Origin: Macrostomum lignano
Taxonomy: Eukaryota
Reading direction: 5' to 3'
Length of the DNA: 56,575 nucleotides
NCBI GenBank assembly: GCA_002269645.1
Contig: NIVC01001582.1
Coordinates: forward strand, 1-56,575
Under the pieces are notes generated by a model. The model was not told the origin of the DNA. It saw only the letters and a program-made list of their open reading frames with translations, and did no database searches. The position numbers and the translations under genes are program-made. Position 1 is the stretch's first letter. Every line of letters starts with the position of its first letter. Shown here piece by piece: positions 12,701 through 24,600 of the stretch.

Positions 12701-14082
12701 CTCAGGCTGCCTTAATTGTCTCTGTCTGTGTTTTGCCACCTGTCACTCCAACTCGCTGGATCTGTCACCTACTCATGTCGTGTGCTTCCTCTGTAGAAAC
12801 TCTTTATCTATATTTCTTATAGCACTCTTCAGATTGTCTTCTTTCAAAAGCAGCAGTATATTTTTATTGCCTTATTTTTGCTCTATTTTGCAACATTTAA
12901 CAGCTGCCCCCGGCCGAGGACATCCGCGTGACGGTGGAGGAGGCGCCCGCGGTGGTCCGCCTCGACTCCTTGTTCCGTATCGTCTGTCGCGTCACCAACA
13001 ACAGGTTCGTTTTGGTTCGCCTCATCGACCTCCTTTCTCTCCGACCTCTCCCTCACCGACCTGTCTCACCGACCTCCGCCTCCCCGACCTATGCCTCCCC
13101 GACCTCTGCCTCCCCGACCTCTGCCTCCCCGACCTCTGCCTCCCCGACCTCTGCCTCCCCGACCTCTGCCTCCCCGACCTATGCCTCCCCGACCTCTGCC
13201 TCCCCGACCTCTGCCTCCCCGACCTCTGCCTCCCCGACCTCTGCCTCCCCGACCTCTGCCTCCCCGACCTATGCCTCCCCGACCTCTGCCTCCCCGACCT
13301 CTGCCTCCCCGACCTCTGCCTCCCCGACCTCTGCCTCCCCGACCTCTGCCTCCCCGACCTCTGCCTCCCGACCTCTGCCTCCCCGACCTCTGCCTCCCCG
13401 ACCTCTGCCTCCCCGACCTCTGCCTCCCCGACCTCTGCCTCCCCGACCTATGCCTCCCCGACCTCTGCCTCCCCGACCTCTGCCTCCCCGACCTCTCCCT
13501 CACCGACCTGTCTCACCGACCTCCGCCTCCCCGACCTATGCCTCCCCGACCTCTGCCTCCCCGACCTTTGCCTCCCCGACCTATGCCTCCCCGACCTCTG
13601 CCTCCCCGACCTCTGCCTCCCCGACCTCCGCCTCCCCGACCTATGCCTCCCCGACCTCTGCCTCCCCGACCTCTGCCTCCCCGACCTCTGCCTCCCCGAC
13701 CTCTCCCTCACCGACCTGTCTCACCGACCTGTCTCACCGACCTCCGCCTCCCCGACCTATGCCTCCCCGACCTCTGCCTCACCGACCTCTGCCTCACCGA
13801 CCTCTGCCTCCCCGCCATTGCAGCACCCGGTCGGTGAACCTTCGCCTGAGCACCAGCAGCCGGCAGCAGTCGCTGGAGCAGTCTCAGGCTGCCATGCAGT
13901 TCTGCGGCAAGGTGGCCCGCAGCCTACAAGAGCTGCGCTGCGGCGAGAGCGCCAGCCTGAGCCTGGAGCTGCTGCCCCTGGTGCCGGGCCTGCAGTCGGT
14001 GAGCGGCATGGTTCTCACCGACACGCTGCTCAACAGGTCCTACGAGTTTGATGAGCTGACCCAGGTGCTGGTGCATCCGTGA
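9778..14082 (+). CDS. TRAPPC13: Trafficking protein particle complex subunit 13, 5 exons, 416 aa
   Basis: Exons 9778..10281, 10430..10602, 11355..11568, 12904..13004, 13824..14082 = 1251 nt, all GT-AG and in phase. Motifs VMRLTRP, LSLPQNFGNIYLGETF, KADLQT, HEVKELGPHILVCTVSY, YFKFQV, TRQFLYRL, GKLDITWR...RLQTS, GLQSVSGMVLTDT match TRAPPC13/C5orf44. An in-frame ATG at 9721 is an alternative start. Confidence 0.95.
10603..11285. repeat. G-rich 19-24-bp minisatellite (GGGGAGT[GAGT]GGCGTGGGTGACT)n in TRAPPC13 intron 2
   Basis: The array starts at the donor GT (10603); the core is 19 bp with longer variants. Confidence 0.95.
11679..11975. repeat. 22-bp minisatellite (GTTTAGTAGTTTGGGATTGGGA)n in TRAPPC13 intron 3
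   Basis: GTTTAGTAGT recurs at 11701, 11723, 11745, etc. Confidence 0.95.
13040..13813. repeat. 15-bp C-rich minisatellite (CCTCTGCCTCCCCGA)n in TRAPPC13 intron 4
   Basis: 15-bp period (PTSAS/LPDLC translations); it runs to ~10 nt before the acceptor at 13823. Confidence 0.97.
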
Positions 14083-14324
14083 GCATTGCGTCATGGCATC
14101 AGACTTGAAGCGACTCTGCACCCGCCTGTCTTTCATTAGGCTTCTGGGCAAAGCTAGTTTTCTGTTAGTCTGTCGACTTGCTTGTTTGCCTCTAAATCAT
14201 TTCTCTTTACCATATTTGCATGTGCACGAGGGCTCAATATTTGAAGGGTAGCCGCGTTATAAAATCGCTTAAGTTTGTGTCATAAGAATTGCCATATAAT
14301 AATCCTAAGTGTATTCCCACAAAA

Positions 14325-15020
14325 TTCCCCAATGTACATGCTTAAGATTCCCCAGTGTACACACAAAGGAATTTCACAGTGTACACACTGAGATTCCTCA
14401 GTGTACACACAAGAGATTCCTCAGTGTACACACAAGAGATTCCTCGGTGTACGCACTGAGATTCCCCCGTGTACATGCATGGATTCCCCAGTGTACACGC
14501 ATGAGATTCCCCAATGTACACACTGAGATTCCCCAGTGTACACACAAGAGAGTCCCAGTGTACACGCATGAGATTCCCCAGTGTACATACATGGGATTCC
14601 CCAGTGTACACGCGTGGGTTCCCCAGTGTACATGCATGGGATTCCCAAGTGTACACGCATGAGATTCCCCTATGTACACACTAAGATTCCCCAGTGTACA
14701 CACAAGAGAGTCCCCAGTGTACACGCATGAGATTCTCCAGTATACACGCATGGAATTCCCCAGTGTACATACATGGGATTCCCCAGTGTACACGCGTGGG
14801 TTCCCCAGTGTACACGCATGGGATTCCCCAATGTACACACTGAGATTCCCCAGTGTACACACAAGAGAGTCCCCAGCGTACACGCATTAGATTCTCAAGT
14901 ATACACGCATGGGATTCCCCAGTGTACATACATGGGATTCCCCAGTGTACACGCGTGGGTTCCCCAGTGTACACGCATGGGATTCCCAAGTGTACACGCA
15001 TGGGATTCCCCAGTGTACGC
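14325..15020. repeat. ~23-bp minisatellite (GATTCCCCAGTGTACAC...) with ~159-bp higher-order repeat
   Basis: Monomer core GATTCCCCAGTGTACAC; the variant CACAAGAGAG recurs at 14543, 14701 and 14860. Confidence 0.9.
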
Positions 15021-15407
15021 GCAAGCAACTGCTTGAGATTACTACTGTTGAATAATTGCGAAGAGAGTTATTAACTCAATGCTATTAAATACCTGATTTA
15101 CTCTCTGTTAATTGTGACTTGTTTAAATTTCTGCGTATATCTTTGTCTGTTGTCTGTTTTCTGAGCCATAATATTACTAGTAACCGTAGCTCGTATATTA
15201 GCTGCTTCTTAAATAAAAGAGTACTCTATGAATGAAAAAATTTCCACTGCATTCTGCTTTTCTGTGTATTGCACCAATTTTTATCAACTTTCTTTTCTTC
15301 GTCGATATTTTAACTGCATGCATGGGCAGAGGGAACAGGGTAGCCCGGTGATGTGGGAAATTTTTAACCAAATATCGGAGATTGACCCAGTCAGTGGGTC
15401 ACTTCAT

Positions 15408-17930
15408 AAACTGGACACTTCACAGACTGGACCCACTTCACAAACTGGACACTTCACAAACTGCATGGACACTTCACAAACTGCATGGACACTTCACAAA
15501 CTGCATGGACACTTCACAAACTGCATGGACACTTCACAAACTGCATGGACACTTCACAAACTGCATGGACACTTCACAAACTGCATGGACACTTCACAAA
15601 CTGCATGGACACTTCACAAACTGCATGGACACTTCACAAACTGCATGGACACTTCACAAACTGCATGGACACTTCACAAACTGCATGGACACTTCACAAA
15701 CTGCATGGACACTTCACAAACTGCATGCACACTTCACAAACTGGACACTTCACAAACTGCATGGACACTTCACAAACTGCATGGACACTTCACAAACTGC
15801 ATGGACACTTCACAAACTGCATGGACACTTCACAAACTGCATGGACACTTCACAAACTGCATGGACACTTCACAAACTGCATGGACACTTCACAAACTGC
15901 ATGGACACTTCACAAACTGCATGGACACTTCACAAACTGCATGGACACTTCACAAACTGGACACTTCACAAACTGCATGGACACTTCACAAACTGCATGG
16001 ACACTTCACAAACTGCATGGACACTTCACAAACTGCATGGACAATTCACAAACTGGACAATTCACAAACTGCATGGACACTTCACAAACTGCATGGACAC
16101 TTCACAAACTGCATGGACACTTCACAAACTGCATGGACACTTCACAAACTGCATGGACACTTCACAAACTGCATGGACACTTCACAAACTGCATGGACAC
16201 TTCACAAACTGCATGGACACTTCACAAACTGCATGGACACTTCACAAACTGCATGGACACTTCACAAACTGCATGGACACTTCACAAACTGCATGGACAC
16301 TTCACAAACTGCATGGACACTTCACAAACTGGACACTTCACAAACTGCATGGACACTTCACAAACTGTATGGACACTTCGCAAACTGGACACTTCACAAA
16401 CTGCATGGACACTTCACAAACTGCATGGACACTTCACAAACTGCATGGACACTTCACAAACTGCATGGACACTTCACAAACTGCATGGACACTTCACAGA
16501 CTGGACACTTCACAAACTGCATGGACACTTCACAAACTGCATGGACACTTCGCAAACTGGACACTTCACAAACTGCATGGACACTTCACAAACTGCATGG
16601 ACACTTCACAAACTGCATGGACACTTCACAAACTGCATGGACACTTCACAAACTGGACAATTCACAAACTGCATGGACACTTCACAAACTGCATGGACAC
16701 TTCACAAACTGCATGGACACTTCACAAACTGCATGGACAATTCACAAACTGGACAATTCACAAACTGCATGGACACTTCACAAACTGCATGGACACTTCA
16801 CAAACTGCATGGACACTTCACAAACTGTATGGACACTTCACAAACTGTATGGACAATTCACAAACTGGACAATTCACAAACTGCATGGACAATTCACAAA
16901 CTGCATGAACACTTCACAAACTGCATGGACACTTCACAAACTGCATGGACACTTCACAAACTGCATGGACACTTCACAAACTGCATGGACACTTCACAAA
17001 CTGCATGGACACTTCACAAACTGCATGGACACTTCACAGACTGGACACTTCACAAACTGCATGGACACTTCACAAACTGCATGGACACTTCACAAACTGC
17101 ATGGACACTTCACAAACTGTATGGACAATTCACAAACTGGACAATTCACAAACTGCATGGACAATTCACAAACTGTATGGACACTTCACAAACTGCATGG
17201 ACACTTCACAAACTGCATGGACACTTCACAAACTGCATGGACACTTCACAAACTGCATGGACACTTCACAGACTGGACACTTCACAAACTGCATGGACAC
17301 TTCACAAACTGTATGGACAATTCACAAACTGGACAATTCACAAACTGCATGGACAATTCACAAACTGCATGGACACTTCACAGACTGGACACTTCACAAA
17401 CTGCATGGACACTTCACAAACTGCATGGACACTTCACAAACTGGACAATTCACAAACTGCATGGACACTTCACAAACTGCATGGAAACTTCACAAACTGC
17501 ATGGACACTTCACAAACTGTATGGACAATTCACAAACTGGACAATTCACAAACTGCAAGGACACTTCACAAACTGCATGGACACTTCACAAACTGCATGG
17601 ACACTTCACAAACTGCATGGACACTTCACAAACTGGACACTTCACAAACTGGACACTTCACAAATTGGACACTTCACAAGCTGGACACTTCACAAACTGG
17701 ACACTTCACAAACTGGACACTTCACAAACTGCATGGACACTTCACAAACTGCATGGACACTTCACAAACTGCATGGACACTTCACAAACTGCATGGACAC
17801 TTCACAAACTGCATGGACACTTCACAAACTGGACACTTCACAAATTGGACACTTCACAAGCTGGACACTTCACTAACTGCATGGACACTTTAAAAACAGC
17901 ATGGACACTTCACACACCGGACACTACATA
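15408..17930. repeat. 20-bp satellite (CTGCATGGACACTTCACAAA)n with a 16-bp deletion variant, ~2.5 kb
   Basis: 20-bp period with interspersed CTGGACACTTCACAAA units. It lies between the convergent 3' ends of TRAPPC13 and the ankyrin gene. Confidence 0.98.
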
Positions 17931-18152
17931 AAATGGACACATTTTCAAAACAAGAAACTTCCGTTTTCAGGCTTTTCAACTGCAGCACCTAAAAAATGAA
18001 GATCCGAGCTGCAATCCGTGGCTCCGATTCAGCGCTCTTCCTCTCCTTACTCAAGAAATCAATAGATCAGCAGATCTCTGAGGAGTGTCGCGCTCTTTAT
18101 TATTGCGAGCTCATCAGGCACGCTGAGGTCGGGGGTTCAATTTGCAGCGAAC

Positions 18153-20394
18153 TCAGCCGTCAGCCTCGAGCAGCGCAGCCAGCTCCGGCTGCCCCAGCCG
18201 GCGCAGCAGCCGCCACAGCACCAGGCGGGCGGCGCCGCAGCACCGGTCCAGGCCGGACAGCCAGTCTTCCAGCGGCTCCGTCGGCTCCGGCAGCGGCTTG
18301 CCAAGGCCGCCGGCCAGCAGCAAGCCGCCGTCCTCAAGGCCGTCGCGTAGTCGCTGCGCCAGCTCGACTGCCAAGCGGCGCAGAACGTTGCGCGGTGTGT
18401 CGGCCAGCGGCTCCAGGAGGCGCCGGCTGTGGCGGCCGAGAAGGCTCCGGACTGAGGCGTCTGGTGACGTCCGGAGCCACTGGTCGTCTTCCAGATCCAC
18501 CTGGAGTGATTCGTTTAATGTTCGGCTTTATTTAGTGGCTGACACTGGTCAGCTGGCTCATGGATTGCTAGCCTAGCTCATGGATTGCTAGTCTGGCTCA
18601 TGGATTGCTAGTCTAGCTCATGGATTACTAGTCTGGCTCATGGATTGCTAGTCTGGCTCATGGATTGCTAGTCTAGCTCATGGATTGCTAGTCCATGGAC
18701 TAATCCAGCATCCAAAGGTGCACAAAACTCACCTGCGCCAGGCCGCCAGTCAGCAGCAGTTCGCAGGATTCCACCGCACCAGCCTCCGCAGCCGCAGCCA
18801 ACGGGCTGAGGCCGCGCCCGCTGGCTTGCTGGGCCTCCCAGTCGGGCAGCAGGCGCTGCCTCTCAGCGAAGTCGCGCAGTTCGCGCAGGCCGCAGTCGGA
18901 GTCGGGTCGGCGCGCCAGCCAGTGCACCGGCGTCCAGCCCTCTGCGTCTGGCGAGTTCAGCGCCTCCGTCAGGCTCTCCCGGAGCCACCGCAGCTGCGCC
19001 CCGGCCTCGTCGGCTGTCGGCTCCGCCTTTGCTGCCTGATTTGCCTGAGCAGCTCCACTGCAAAGTTGAGCGCGATTTGCTGCTTCATTTTAATAATAAT
19101 AATATAATTATGAAACATTATTAATACAGTTGCGAAAAAGGCTGCGGGCATCCTCGCGCACAAATTCTGCCCATTCCGCCATTCCGCTGACTTCTGACCT
19201 GACCTGAGCTGGGTGTACAGCGGCACTGAAGTTCCAATCGTCAGGCATGCTCTCGGTGCCTGGGGGCTGGCCCTCATGGCTGTGGATCGCACTCTCAGTG
19301 CCTTGGGGGCTGGCCCTCATGGCTGTGGATCGCACTCTCGGTGCCTTGGGGGCTGGCCCTCATGGCTGTGGATCGCACTCTCGGTGCCTTGGGGGCTGGC
19401 CCTCATGGCTGTGGATCGCACTCTCGGTGCCTGGGGGCTGGCCCTCATGGCTGTGGATCGCACGGCAAGCCCGACGGCCACTTTCTCGTGCACACATGCC
19501 CCAAACAGCCAGTCAGCCAGTGCGGCCACCTGGCCTGCATGTGTACCTGTCGGCATCCACTGGCGCCTGCGACTGCCCTTGCTCCGCCAGGTGGCGCCGC
19601 TGCTCCAGCAGTTCCAGGGTGGCCTCCAGCTCCTCCAGCACGACGCTGAACACTCTAGGACGTCCAGCTGCTGCCGCTGCGGCTGCCAAGTGCAGGGTGT
19701 TCCTGCCGCGTCTGTCCACTCCCAGCCGGCAGCAGTCCCTGGCGGAGGAGGCGTCGCCATGCCGGGCGCAGCGGCAGCAGCAGCGGCAGCCGCAGTGCAG
19801 GAGCCGCTGCCGCAGCAGGCGCCGAAGGACGGCCTCGTCTGCCGGCTGCTCGGCATTGATCGCCAGCGCCAGGGCGTCCTCGCCGGTGTCCGGCGCCCGG
19901 CACCCGATGCCGCGCAGATTCTGGGCCGCCTCGGCCATGGCCAGCAGCCTGCTGGCGGCCGTCCAGCTGCGGGCGGCCACCGCGGCGCCGACGGGCGCTC
20001 GGCCGGAGCAATCGGCAGCGCCGAGGACCTCCGGCGTGAGGCTGAACAGGCGCTCCAGACTTTGCTCGGCGTCGCCGTCGGAGTCGCAGAACAGGAAGCA
20101 GGCGTCCGCCACGGCCTGCCGGTACTTCTGCATGGCGGCCAGGTGCTCTGCTGTCAGCTGGACCGCCCCGCGGACGGCGGCTCCAGCTTGACTCCGGTGC
20201 CTGCTGGGCGGGAATATGATGGCTTTTGCTGTCACGAATTTGGGTCGAATTCACAAGCTCGAAGCTTCACGATTTCGACGACGTGAAATCGTTGAAAGGC
20301 TCTTGACGACGGGAAATTTTAAGCTTCTTACCCTAAAAGTGCGTTTTTTCAGGCCCAGGTGGGGAATAAAAACATGAACCGACTCACCGCTCAT
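18153..20394 (-). CDS. Ankyrin-repeat protein with probable C-terminal death domain, ~453 aa
   Basis: Exons 20394..20388 (ATG AGC G|GTGAGT, inferred micro-exon), 20228..19547, 19057..18733, 18500..18153 = 1362 nt, in phase. Ankyrin motifs GRNTLHLAA, DAEGWTPVHWLA, GLSPLAAAAEAGAVESCELLL. The C-terminus LRRLAVEL...LEDW...LWRLLRRLGQPELAALLE fits the death-fold pattern. Confidence 0.75.
18555..18695. repeat. 20-bp minisatellite (GGCTCATGGATTGCTAGTCT)n in ankyrin-gene intron 3
   Basis: ~7 copies visible. Confidence 0.95.
19248..19462. repeat. 43-bp tandem repeat, ~5 copies, in ankyrin-gene intron 2
   Basis: CCCTCATGGC at 19271, 19314, etc. Confidence 0.95.
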
Positions 20395-21189
20395 CTTTGT
20401 CAGTCGCAGCGGAGGAGGCTGTGAAGTCAGCAGAAAATTATTCGGCATTCATTCCATTGCTAGCTTGCGTGCGTCTGCGCTTTATCAGGGCGCTGGGACC
20501 AAAAACTCAACAACCCCACCCCCGCCTCCTTGCGGATGGGTGTCGCGCCTCAGCCAATCAGAAACCGGCTTGTGCAGGACAGCGAGAGAAAAGCCACGGA
20601 CTTCTAAATTTGGGAATCTGGATTGGAAATTGGCTGGCCCAAGAAACACTGGACTGCAGTGGAGTCTAAAAATTCTCAGATACTGCAAATTTGTTTGAAC
20701 CATGCGCTGAGTCGGCAGCGGAGTTCCCGCACTCCAGACGCTAGATCTAGAACTCCTTGGCAAGGCCGGGTATGTGTGCACCAGCTTGTGCGCAGCTAGT
20801 TCGCTGCCCTTTCTTGAACAGATGCCTCCCTCTCCGTGCAGCAAGGCAGAATGATTGGCATGCGAGCTACCTGGGGTGTCTTGCCTTGCCTTGTCTGCAG
20901 CAGCAGGAGCAGATGCACAAGAAACAATTAAGGTCTTGCAGCCCTGTAGTATCTATCCATTATGTGACTGCGTGTATCAAAGTTGGATTCAGGTCATCGC
21001 TGCACGATTTCAGTGCTGATACAGGAGTCACCGTGTAAACAGCTGGTGCTAGAAATCGCTAGGCTGCCAGAAATTCAAGTTCAAATCTTTATTAAAACAA
21101 ATTTGGTGCAAAACTTGGACCAGGTTTCGCTTGGCTTATTTGATAGGGCCAGCTTCGAAAACACTGCAGTCAGTGTCACCAGGTGCTGA

Positions 21190-21395
21190 ATTGCCCTCCT
21201 CTAGCACCCTGTCTGCACCCTCTAGCGCCCTGTCTGCACCCTCTAGCACCCTGTCTGTCCCCTCTGGTACCCTGTCTGTTCCCCCTAGCACCCTGTCTGC
21301 ACCCTCTAGCACCCTGCTCTAGCACCCTGTCTGCACCCTCTAGCACCCTGTCTGCACCCTCTAGCGCCCTGTCTCCTCTGTCCCCTCTAGAACCC
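21190..21395. repeat. 21-bp minisatellite (CTCTAGCACCCTGTCTGCACC)n
   Basis: 7-aa periodic translation APCLHPL; downstream of the calpain stop. Confidence 0.92.
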
Positions 21396-21667
21396 TGTAT
21401 GTTCCCATCAAGCAGTTCTTTTCCATTGCCAGTGAAAGAAAAAATCTCAATACACAAAACACTTGAGGTTTTAACATAGGGATTCTAGTGCAGCTTGATG
21501 GGAGTTGATGTTAAATTTTAAAAATGATGTAATTGTTCAATAACCAACATGGGACAGTACTCCAGAGGGCGTGTTTTGAAGCAAATATTAGTTAAAGGGC
21601 GCTATGGAGAGTTTTTGTTATTCCAAGCCATTTTGCGGCGGATGAAGCAGAGGCGAATCCATGCAAG

Positions 21668-24600
21668 CTAAGAGTAGAGCGCCAGCTGAAGAAGCTGAAA
21701 GTGAAATTCAAATCAGGCATGAGTTTTTAAATCGTATTTAACTGAATCTTCGTTCGTAAAATACAAAATCGCTACCGACAAATTTGCACAATTGTAGCAA
21801 CTTGCCTCATCCAAGCTGAATGAGGTCTGGGCCTTCCCATCGCTGTTCTGGGCCCTGAAACTCTCCAGAATGGTCCTCATGCGGACGCACAGAATCACAA
21901 AATCGTCGAACTTGATGGACCCGGACTTGCCAGCGTACCGCATCACCAGGGACTGGTAGATCTTGTTTGGCACTCGGTAGCCTGAAGTTTGGAAGGCCGA
22001 TATGGTTTTATTGAGCTGATAGGGAACCTTCGGTTTGTAAACTCTTAGCTTTACTAAACCGAAGTTTTTAGTTAGTTTGTTGCTGGGGGCTTTCGGCACC
22101 CCCGCCAATCAAGGCAGCAGGCGACTCTACTAGTAGGTTACAAGTACGGCTCGTAGTGATGCCGGTTTCGCTCATCCAGAGTAAGCACAGGCCCACACTC
22201 ACGCAGGATGTACAGCGGCCCCGAATTTCATCGTCAGGCATGAACAGTCTGCACCCAAAGACTACTCAAAGTAGAAGGACGGGAAACTATACGTTTCTTG
22301 GACATTTTAGTAGGCAGGTTTTACCGAAAGACTACATTACGGTGATAGCAGCCCAAAAAATGTTATTACTTTTGATCGGAGGCAGACTCAGTGTTCATCT
22401 TTTGATATAACTTGCCTTTCTTATAGCTCTATTGATAAGGCAAGATATATCAAAATATGAACACTCTCTTCCTATCAAAAGCAATGTAATAATATAGCAT
22501 GGTTTCCGAGGTCTTTAATGATATGGCCGAGGGGAACGAAGCTCTCGATGCTCTATGGTTATTGCTACACGATGATAGTTTTCATAGCTATTTTTAAAAT
22601 AGACCTAAAAACGGATCGGTCCGAGGACGCGAAAGACCGCTTAACTGGGAATCACGCATTAATGACCGATGTCGATTTTTCTTATGTCTGTGGCCAAAAC
22701 CCACAGAATTGGAAAGAGAGGGACGCGAGAGCCAGAGCCATCAGAGAGCGCTAATAGACATTCACTGGCGACAAAATGGAGGACGATTCATCATATCCCA
22801 CCGGTCTACTGCACATTGAATACGGTGACATCGTCGGACTGACAAAGGCCGAAATAGCAGCACGAATGGAAGCCGACAACATTCTATTCGCCATGGAATG
22901 GACGTGAACAGTCTGGAAGACATGGCTTCCGGATTCGCCTCGAGGATTGAGGATTCGACGATCTCCGAACTGCTGGACTCCAGAGCTACGATTAACGAAG
23001 ACATCGAGATTATTATGCGTGACCTGGATCTGGTAGAGTAGTGCTGGACATGAGCCGCCGGTAAATGGCCCTCAAGATGCCAGTCTGTCTATTGCTGAAA
23101 CCACATGTACAGCTACAGTTACCACGGCTTCATCTGCTTCCAGTGGTGGATTCCATGGAACCTTCAGCGGCTGTACGTTCAATGTCTATTACAAGTGAGA
23201 ATTCTAATTTGAAACATGGTGACAATCTGTTGCGTTGAACAACAGTAGTGCATTATTAGTGACCTACAAAGTTTCATTGTTATTGGCTGCATTGTATTTT
23301 TTCTCTCGGCTTGTTCTATCGTTGTTTATGTTAATCGTTGGATTTTTAAAAGTCATATACAACAAATATATGTCTTGCTTCTTGTTGAGCTTCAAAGCGA
23401 CCATAGACAATATAAATCGCAGTGTAATTCCGGGATTCCCTAGGGAAATCCCAGGGACGCGAAAGACCGCTTTCATGGTGTAGCAATAGCATTTTTGTGC
23501 TAAAAAGATTAAAACCTATCTCCGAAATGTAGTCTTTAGGTAAAACCTGTCTCCTGTACTGTTGTCCAACAAACGTAGTTGTCACTAGTTGAGTAGTCCT
23601 TGTCTGTGCCTTTGGAGTTGGTCTTAGTGGTGTGAATCGCACGACGCACCAGCTCAGGGAAAATTTTAGTACGCGATTCCCAAATTAATCCGGCTGAACA
23701 AAGAAGCGAACCCAGGTTACTTTGATTCTTGTACAAGAGAATCAGGCGAGTTACCACCGCTGAGCTACTCTTTGCCATCCCAACCCCCAACCACAGCTCA
23801 GAAACAGCTCAATCCCCAGTGGAGCACGGACCCATGCATCCCAGAGCGGCGCGCAGCTCAAAGCTGTTGAAGTCGCCCGAGCTGTCAGCGTCGAAGGCCT
23901 TGAACACGACACTCCAGAGCCGGAGGCACTTCCAGAGCGCTTTGAACTCATCGAATTGCAAATAGCCACTCTGGTCAACGTCAACGAATGCAAGAAGCGA
24001 TCGGCAAGCCTCCTTGGAGAAGCCGGTGAAGCCCGAAGGACCTGTAGGAAAAGTTCGTTGTTCGTTTTATTTTATTTTGAAAGTGACTTTTGAATGCTGA
24101 ACAAGTAACAAGTGCGTCAAAAACTACCTGATTTGGTGAACGCCATGTTCAGGATCTCCATCAGGTCGTCCACAACGAAGCCGGGCCGATCGCCCATCAG
24201 AATGCTGAAAGCTTTGCACGCGGCGGCCTCCATCAGCTTCTCCCTCTCGGTTGGTTCCACGTTCTTTTCTGAGTCAGTCCCGCCACCGACGGTGCCGAGT
24301 TCCTGCTCAGAATAAGTTGGTGGCTGTTGAGAATTTAGCGTTCCAACGTTTTCGAAGTTTGGTTACCTTCCAGCTGCTTTAGATGCGGCTGCAAATATTA
24401 GTTCAGTTTTTCACCTTCCTATAGAAACCTGCGCACCATCCATTTTTAAAGAAGTTTCCCTCACTCACCTCGACTTCGGGCACATTCACGGTGTCGTCCA
24501 TCTCGTCGGATTCGTTCGGCTGCTCAGAGTAGATCCGGAGCAGGAACTCCGCCTCCATGTTCGGATCGAAGGTGCTGGGCACAATAATGTAGGTGCCAGG

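Noticed and set aside
12780-14082. PTSAS / LPDLC / PPRPL repeat proteins (384-423 aa)
   Set aside because: The repeat lies between a GT donor (13005) and an AG acceptor (13823); removing it gives a 416-aa TRAPPC13 of the expected length.
15228-17931. ORFs of 328-882 aa (MDTSQTAWTLHKLHGHFTNC repeats)
   Set aside because: All three + frames are open only because the 20-bp unit has no stop triplet on that strand; frame-breaking 16-bp variants are tolerated, so there is no coding constraint.
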